Below are positions 46,886-64,000 of a DNA stretch of 64,000 nt, piece after piece. Every line of letters begins with the position of its first letter. Position 1 is the first letter of the stretch. The stretch lies in the NCBI GenBank assembly GCA_003344405.1, contig NOWV01000108.1, forward strand, positions 1 through 64,000, read 5' to 3'. The position numbers and the translations under genes are program-made. This DNA is from Trichoplax sp. H2. Taxonomy: Eukaryota. The notes beneath the pieces were generated by a model that saw only the letters and a list, made by a program, of their open reading frames with translations, searched no databases and was not told the DNA's origin.

Positions 46886-47136
46886 ATGATAACAATAAAT
46901 CAATCTATCCAATTAAATACTGGAGCAGAAATGCCTGTTCTAGGTATAGGCACTTGGAATAATAGTAAAACCCTCCGGGAGAAATTGGCAATGCTATTGC
47001 AGTGGCTCTAGATCATGGTTATAAACTTGTCGATTGTGCTTACCATTATAGAAATGAGAAAGAAGTTGGTCAAATTTTTACCGATAAAATCGATACACTC
47101 ATTTCAAGGAAAGATCTTTTCGTTACTAGTAATTAA
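46886..47136 (+). pseudogene. Truncated, frameshifted third AKR1 paralog
   Basis: Reads MITINQSIQLNTGAEMPVLGIGTW, then a frameshift (14 nt instead of 6 between TGG and CCT CCG), then PPGEIGNAIAVALDHGYKLVDCAYHYRNEKEVG...RKDLFVTSN*. No further AKR sequence was recognised downstream. Confidence 0.88.
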
Positions 47137-49545
47137 TTCTAACATATCTGTAATCAACTTGCTAGTTACCGTTTGGCAAGAGTAGTTAATTAACTTTGGG
47201 TTCTACCTATACCAATTATAAACAGTAAACCACTATTCATTATTTATTGTTGGTAGCTAAGAACATGTAGAAATTGAAGTAGACGATATTTATTTTCCAA
47301 ACTATGTACCAAGACGAATTTATTGATATTATTAGTGTCAAAAATTAACTTCAGTACTATGCTGTTAACTGCCTCTACTATATTTTGCATATTTTAAATA
47401 TTAACAGTCTGAATCATTGCTAGGTTGATGGCAAAGAAATACCAATATTTGATAATCAGCGAGATTATAACTTCAATGATCCAACCGATGATTAAAGTAG
47501 TCTTAGCAAAGAGAATTTTAACCTCTATTTTCTGCCTTGTTTCTACTTTGTTGTTGAAATTTTCAAGTCATGCAGTGTGTCATTATTCTTCAGGAAAAAA
47601 CTACTGAATCATTATTCTCTGAGCTTATAGTCAATACTATTAATTTTTAATGTGTTATTAAATAAGAAAATGATCCTAGGCGATCAAAGCGTTGCTTGAA
47701 TTTAATGATAATGGAAATGTCTAAAATAGTACTGTAAATCTTTATAGCCCCTTAAAGTGTTAAACATTCATTAATTCTTTCCAACTGTATTGCTTTGAAC
47801 TGATCAAGTATTTCATTTTGCACTAGTAAGACGTGCATGCCTCAAAATCATATTTATTAATTAATTAGCTGTAAGTGATCTAGTAGTACTTCCTTTGATA
47901 TTGTCATTATCAAAGTTAATTTTAAATAAAGTAAAAAATACTGCAATTAGAATAAAATTTGGGAATTTAATCGTTAATTTTATGGTATATACTAATTGCC
48001 TATATTAAATTTACAATTCAAATCATGATTAGTGATCATATCCACCCTTGCAGCGCTGTTAAATTATTGTAGACCATTGCCCATGCAGTGGGCCATGCTG
48101 CAGAATTTATTACTAAATTTCTTGTTTAATGCCGTATCAGTAATAGGAGTAGGACAACAGTAGTAAACTTGTGCGTTCATCAACTATAGTCTACCGTATA
48201 CAGAATTTGGGATATCATTGCAGCTAATTTTCAGCTATCGTAGCATTGTATTACTGTGACTAGTATATTACCGGCTATGGGAGGCTATGAAAATTATTTG
48301 TATTTAATACATAGCCATGCGAGATAGTAATATAGAATAATTACACTTTACCTAAGATGACAATCGAATGCTAGCATTTAACCGTATATTGGGCATACAC
48401 TATTCAAATTAGCAAATCAGAATCTTTTAGCGATATCGAAAGAAGTAACTTCATTCCCTACCAATAACTTCCCTATATTCATAATAATACCAGTGCAAAA
48501 AGTATAGATACTCGAGCTGAAAAGGTTACATCAATATAGGAGATTTCATACGATAACTAATACTGTGAGTAGAACATCGGCTAATCTTTTAAAGTAACCA
48601 CAAAGACAAGAAACCATTATCTTATTCATTTATCGAGCATTGTTGAAGCCTATCACATGATATTGATTATTAATTTTTAATATTTTTTTTTGCTATAGTA
48701 ATACAGTAGTAGCAATCGTTAATTAATTAATTACCATCAGGAATATCTAGTTGTAGTCGTTGCATCTGGACTTTTACAAAACAGTCCGATGTATAACGTG
48801 CGCTGCAAGGCCACGATATCGATGTACTGTTCTGCAATTTCGTAGGTACCAAAAATAAAGTAAATGGTAAGAATAGCAGCAATAGTTGAAATAACGATGG
48901 CGATGATAATAGCGTAATACAGTAACTAAGAAAAATAAGAAACTAAACCAGACAATAAAGGCAAATAATGCTTTTTAATGGAAACCGGCTAAACATGTTC
49001 CATTGGCGAATCTATCACTGGCAATAGCGAATGAATTTAAACACAGCTTTAACCTTCGTAAAAATTAAAATCAATCAAAAGTTACGTAGCTAGTGAGTTT
49101 TACAAATTGTTTACTCAATGCACAATACAGTATATCATGTTATGTACATTTATTACTTTTTTAAACGAGAATAAGAAAGGTATAAATCCTAACAGAAGGT
49201 GGAACATGGTGATACTCTTTAGTATAAATAAAATATCCATTTTCGACGTTCAAAATTCGGACAATGAACAGATTGATTTGAACACGACATTCAAAATGAC
49301 ATTTTTTTTTTTTAATTTTACTCGATGCAAACTACTAAAACAATAATAACTGCCAGCGTTTCATCGCTTCTTCGATCTAAAAGTTTAGCTTAAATCCTTG
49401 ATAAGAAGTTGAAAAAGTGCATAAATTGTCCATTGCGCATCATTGAAGAACCCAAAAGTTCCCACTTTGTATCAACCTGTACTACAGTAAATCTAATTAT
49501 TACAACTACCGTTTGCTATTTATTTGATTTCAAGTTATCTTGCTC

Positions 49546-58982
<9,437 letters not shown>

Positions 58983-59439
58983 TTGCCTTGTGCGATTGTT
59001 GAACTGGCTAGTGATTAATCTTGACTTTATTGATAAACTGAATCAATGGAGTTAAGCAATTGGTAGATTGGAAAAATAATATCAGTCACGCCAAACAACT
59101 TTTGCGTACCTTTTCTATCACCAACCACGCGTACTTTTTTCCGTAGCTACAAAATAAACTCAACTGACGAAACGCAACACAGAACAGAAATGGTCGACGC
59201 CAAAAAAGGAACTCCCCCAATGTCTTGACAACTTGGCGCAAACTCCAACACACCCGACACCGTGTACCGTGCTTACAGTACTGTCCATTCAAGGGGTGGT
59301 GACGGCGCGGCTAGATCATCTTCCTTCCTATACAATTGTGTTGTTTTCTAGCGACAGTTTGAGTCAGTGTTGTGATTACAATGCAAAGCGTCTTTTTCCT
59401 CAACTGTACTGGCGACTCGAGTACTGTAGCGTTGGGAAC

Positions 59440-59825
59440 GGTACAGTACGGTACGGTCCTGGTCCACTGGCTCGTATCCACAGTGAGTGGATACAGCGGG
59501 TCTTCAACCGAACCTGTGACAGGTCGTGGTGTGACAGTCACACACTGGCAGTCACCCTCAACGGTACGGTCCTGGTCCAGTGGTTAGTATCCATAGTGAG
59601 TGGATACAGCGCCGAACCTGTGACAGCTCGTGGTGTGCCATACACTGGGCCAGTCATCCTCAATGCCCATTCTAGACTGTCACACACTGGCAGTACTCGT
59701 CAACGGTACTGTACAGTACGGTACGGTCCGATACGGTCCTGGTCTAGTGGCTAGTATCCACAGTGAGTGAATACAGCGGGTCTTCCCTGGTGGTGTGACA
59801 CACACTGACAGTCATCCTCAACACT
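59440..59825. repeat. GC-rich degenerate tandem repeat (3 copies, about 110-165 bp) upstream of the PKA ATG
   Basis: 'tacggtcctggtcca.tgg...gtatccacagtgagtggatacagcg' occurs at about 59451, 59565 and 59732. Confidence 0.85.
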
Positions 59826-60269
59826 CGACACGGTCTACTTGAGTACAGTACAGCAAGATGGTCACCAACAGCCCTGCGCACTCTAGTCCAGTCTACTGTA
59901 CTCCTGTATCGTCTGCTTTAGTAGCAAGAGGCAGACTGAGTTCAGCTTTGAAAGTGATCACCCCAGGGGTTTTTTATCCCTTTTTGAGAGTGGAAAACAG
60001 TTGAAAGAAGTGTAGTCGCCACCTTGTCTCTACCATGTAGACGCTCGGCTTCTACGGTACCTACAGTCGACATGCACTATACTGTACTGTACACTACCCA
60101 ACCCACCCTAGCAACATCTTGAATCAACATGGCTTCCCCACAAACCAGCCAGCGACTGACTACTAAAATGATCATGGACGAGTCGCTGACTGACACAGTC
60201 GTCAATAACAGGTAGACTACAGTACTATACTGCCCTCTACAGTGTACAGTGCACCGCATACACATTACT

Positions 60270-61640
60270 GTACACTGTACACTCGACGTCATCCACATTG
60301 AGGGATCTCGATGGCTGAACGTCCTGTACTCCCGTCCCATACTGGGCCGTACAACCATTCTCACCACCAATTTCTCCTTGAAATCGATAACTTGAAGGTA
60401 GTCGAGAAGGCTATACGCCTGCCTCTCTGGTGCGATGACCACATTATTCACTGGTCTGTAGACTTTGCTGGACTTGTACAATTTTACAACAATGTCTATC
60501 AACACAAGAGGATAAAATACGATTTGCAACAGTTTCTTTGTGGTCGTAATCCTCCCATACAGAACAGGTGTACAGGACAATGTTACAGTATTCACATTGT
60601 ATCCAATGCCTTCGTCTACTCTATACTGGATACAGTACTAAACGTCCATCACAGCATACACTATCAATCCTATACCATTGTATCAATCACTCTACTCTGC
60701 ACTCTACAGTGTACAGCACTCCCAAACCACCACAGGCTACAGTGTATAGTACTCGACTCCGGTCGGTTCCATTGCAAGACGTCCAACTAGACAACCCATC
60801 AGCCAATGAGAACGCCAATCTTTCTCATATCGCTCACTGATTGGCTCATTTGAGTTGGCATTCATTGAAATCAATTTTGAATAAGCTGCAACGACGCTAT
60901 CTATGGCGTAGTAGAAGCTCGCATTGATCTTGCCAATCGTGTTGGGGTAGGATAGTAGTTGGATAATCAATTCCTGTATATGTGGATCAATGCAATAGCG
61001 ATCAAGGCTAGCGGTTCCATTGCATGCAAGGAGAAGAAGGCAAAGCGACGACAGTTGTTACAGGTACTGCAATTCAAGTACATCAATTCATTCATACAAC
61101 AGTTTCCCTTTGAATGAGTTGTTGACAGAATGAGATGACGCAAATGGAAGGTAAAATAGCCGTCATCATAAGCATTATTATTATAGCATTGATTGCAATC
61201 AAAGTTCACAGATTCCATTACCTTGTACCACCTGCGCTTATGCTTAAAAATAGACATGGCATAAGCGATAGCAATGAATCCATCTCTTACAGTAATGATC
61301 GATGCAATACACACGTTTACAAAGTAGCTAACGATGATATCAATACCATCAATGAATTTATTAGCATACAAGTACATCGCCTTCAATACACATGGCCTAT
61401 CCACTGATATACTTGGATAGTTTAAAATGGTCTATCAAAGTAGGAAATCACCAACGTGCTGAATGGATCGTTAGTCAGCTCATCATTATAGCGTGCCAAT
61501 GTCTTAGCTGCATTGAATCATGATGCGCGTAGGCGCATCAGTTATTCTCAATTCTTATCAACATGAGCTAGAACAGTTTCGTTGCAGTTTTAACGGACGA
61601 GCCAGCATAAACGTACAAGTCGACCGGGTATAACATGCAG
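60270..61640 (-). other. Unidentified coding-like segment (possible decayed gene or element relic)
   Basis: A chain of consecutive minus-strand open frames (about 61520-61425, 61404-60967, 61055-60737, 60595-60077). No family was recognised. Confidence 0.25.
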
Positions 61641-62009
61641 ACTGTACTGTATCGAGACACCTATCATAGCTTGCCAAGGTTTACACAACTCAAAAGTTCA
61701 GTCATAGACGTGGCAATAGTAACGCCATCTTGATATCAATACTATCTCTCACATTTTATACACCATCAGCAATGGAGCCTATTACGTTACAGGTTTTACA
61801 TGTTATGGTACAGGACAATCATACAGAAGAAGATACCGGTCATACATAACGTATACCAGGAATACCATCGATCTTTCCTTACTCTACATTTCCTATACAG
61901 TACAATTGTAATCATGTTATAGTGTACAACCGTGACACTTTGGTGATATCCAAAGAAAATAGATAAATAATCACGACAATAACAACAGTTTCTAAAAAAT
62001 CAATCTTAA

Positions 62010-62740
62010 ATAATACGCAATTTAATTTATTTGTATAATGTTGAAAATTGGGGCTTAAATCGGCTATACGAGTATCTAAAATACCGGCGTTCACATAGAG
62101 TGATCGATCTTCAATAATACGTACTTTAATTTATTTATACTGTATAATATTTTGACTCAAACCGTTATGCTTATGAACTTACACTATACGAGTATCTAAA
62201 ATACCGGCGTTCACATAGAGTGATCGATCTTAATAATACGTACTTTAATTTATTTATACTGTATAATGTTGAAAATTTGACTTAAACCGTTATGCTTATG
62301 AACTTACGCTATATGAGCATATAAAATACCAACGTTCACATAGAGTGATCAATCTTCAATAATACGTACTTTAATTTATTTATACTGTTTCAAATTTTGA
62401 CTCAAACCGTTATGCTTATGAACTTACGCTATACGAGCATATAAAATACCAACGTTCACATCAATCTTAAATAATACATACAGTACTTTAATTTATTTAT
62501 ACTATATAATGTTGAAAATTTGACTTAAACCGTTATGCTTATGAACTTACGATATACGAAAATCGAAAATACCAACGTTGACATAAAGTAATCAATCTTA
62601 AATAATACGTAATTTAATTGACTTGTATATTGTTTAAATTTTGGACTCAAACCGTTATGCCATTAACTTACAATATACAAGTATATGAAAATACCAACGT
62701 TCACATAGAGTGATCAATATTATTAAATACGAGTACAGTA
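62010..62740. repeat. Minisatellite of about 118-125 bp, about 6 copies, just upstream of PIF1
   Basis: 'aaaccgttatgcttatgaacttac.ctatacgag...aaatacc..cgttcacatagagtgatc.atctt' is repeated. Confidence 0.95.
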
Positions 62741-62830
62741 TAGCCAAATACGTATCATTATAATAAGCAATTATTAACATAATCTATATTTATTTTCTTA
62801 CCAGCTTAGTTGACTGGATAAATACTCACC

Positions 62831-64000
62831 ATGACTACTGATTTGGATGCTGATAACAATAGAGCTGGAGTCATCAACTGTACTACGACATTGCTATTAA
62901 ATGATAAATCCGGCCAAGAAATAAGAAAACGATGCTATAAGACAGCCCAGCTAGTATTAGGTAGAGATCAACATAAAGAATTAACCCTACGATTGGAGAG
63001 TAATCGTGAAGTGCATACATTCTATCCTAGTGGCAATCACAGTATTCATTGTAAATTCATCCACCAAGGCAAAGCAACCATTACAATACCTAATAAATAC
63101 ATTCAGCTTATGATATCAAATTGTCCACCCACCAAATTAAGCCTATTTTTAAAATTGTTAAAATATAAAAGTGCGAAGAGCTCCAATATATCTATAATAG
63201 CTAGAGATAGAAGAGCATTATTTTCAGAGAAAGCAAAAACATTTCAAGACATCAGTCCAATCACAATTGATGATCGAAATAGAGCATCGAGAAAAAGAAA
63301 TCACCCTGACAAGACCCATAATGGCTATACTCCAACTAAAAATTGTATTGGCTCAAATGCATGCAAAAGGATTCGACAAGGTCAACATCGTCATCATTTA
63401 AGCTCGCTGACTTCAGAACAGAAGCAAATTGTACAGTACGTATTAGCCGGTCAAAGTATTTTTTTTACCGGTAGTGCCGGTACAGGCAAGTCCTTTCTTT
63501 TGAAAGAGATTATTAACCTCCTACCCCCAGACGTAACATTTGCTACTGCTAGCACCGGTATTGCAGCTTGCCAACTAGGTGGTACTACATTGCATAATTT
63601 TGCTGGCATTGGGCATGGGCATGCAACCATGCAGAGATGCCTTGAAATGGCATCAATACCTTCTCGCCTTAGGCGATGGCGAAAATGTCAATATCTTATT
63701 GTAGATGAAATATCAATGATTGAGGGTGATTACTTTGATAAAATTGAATATATAGCGCGTCAATTGCGTAAATCAAATTTGCCCTTTGGTGGTATTCAAC
63801 TGATCTTGTGTGGAGATTTTTTACAATTACCTCCAGTTTGTAAAGGCCAAGATGCTGACGTTAAATTTTGCTTCCAGGTAAAATACATAATAACAGAAAA
63901 TTCCTATACTGTACAGTCATCCGATTGATTTTTGATGTGATATTAATCCACAATAAAATTACTAATTTCCATTTAACAGGCACAATCATGGCAGCGTTGT
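62831..64000 (+). CDS. PIF1: ATP-dependent DNA helicase PIF1, 5' partial (exon 62831-63877; next exon 63980 to window end)
   Basis: Metazoan PIF1 N-terminal domain (KFIHQGKATI, LMISNCPPTKL), Walker A FFTGSAGTGKS, TASTGIAACQLGGTTLHNFAGIG, Walker B LIVDEISM and PFGGIQLILCGDFLQLPPV. The splice junction reads FCFQ|AQSWQRC. Confidence 0.96.

Noticed and set aside
59470..59500. Iron-responsive element (CAGTG loop)
   Set aside because: The loop and stem register does not fit C-N5-CAGUGN-N5 (no bulged C), and it lies antisense to the neighbouring PKA gene.
62831..64000. PIF1 as a Helitron RepHel helicase
   Set aside because: It has the metazoan PIF1 N-terminal domain and no Rep/HUH motifs upstream, so it matches the cellular gene.

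Overview
AT-rich, intron-rich animal genomic DNA. The short GT-AG introns, compact metazoan genes and frequent TACWGTA motif suggest a placozoan such as Trichoplax (inference, not verified). Genes in order: an intronless CaMK-group kinase (+), PUM3/Puf-A (+, 17 exons), OSBPL9/ORP9 (-, about 25 exons), DPYD (+, about 23 exons), two tandem aldo-keto reductases plus a third frameshifted and truncated AKR pseudogene (+), the PKA catalytic subunit (-, 9 exons), and the 5' part of a cellular PIF1 helicase (+). Intergenic DNA carries many minisatellites (21, 42, about 93, 120, 205-215 and 220-260 bp) and a gap-flanked duplication of about 1.6-1.8 kb that is probably two uncollapsed haplotypes. I found no convincing wholly new system. 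The best leads are: mutations clustered at TACWGT(A) motifs between the duplicate copies; apparent reciprocal 3' overlap of PUM3 and OSBPL9; candidate alternative first exons of PKA-C; a DFA, tail-less kinase that may be a retrogene; active-site divergence within the AKR cluster; and a decayed coding-like segment between PKA and PIF1. Exon coordinates were read by eye and may be off by a few bases.
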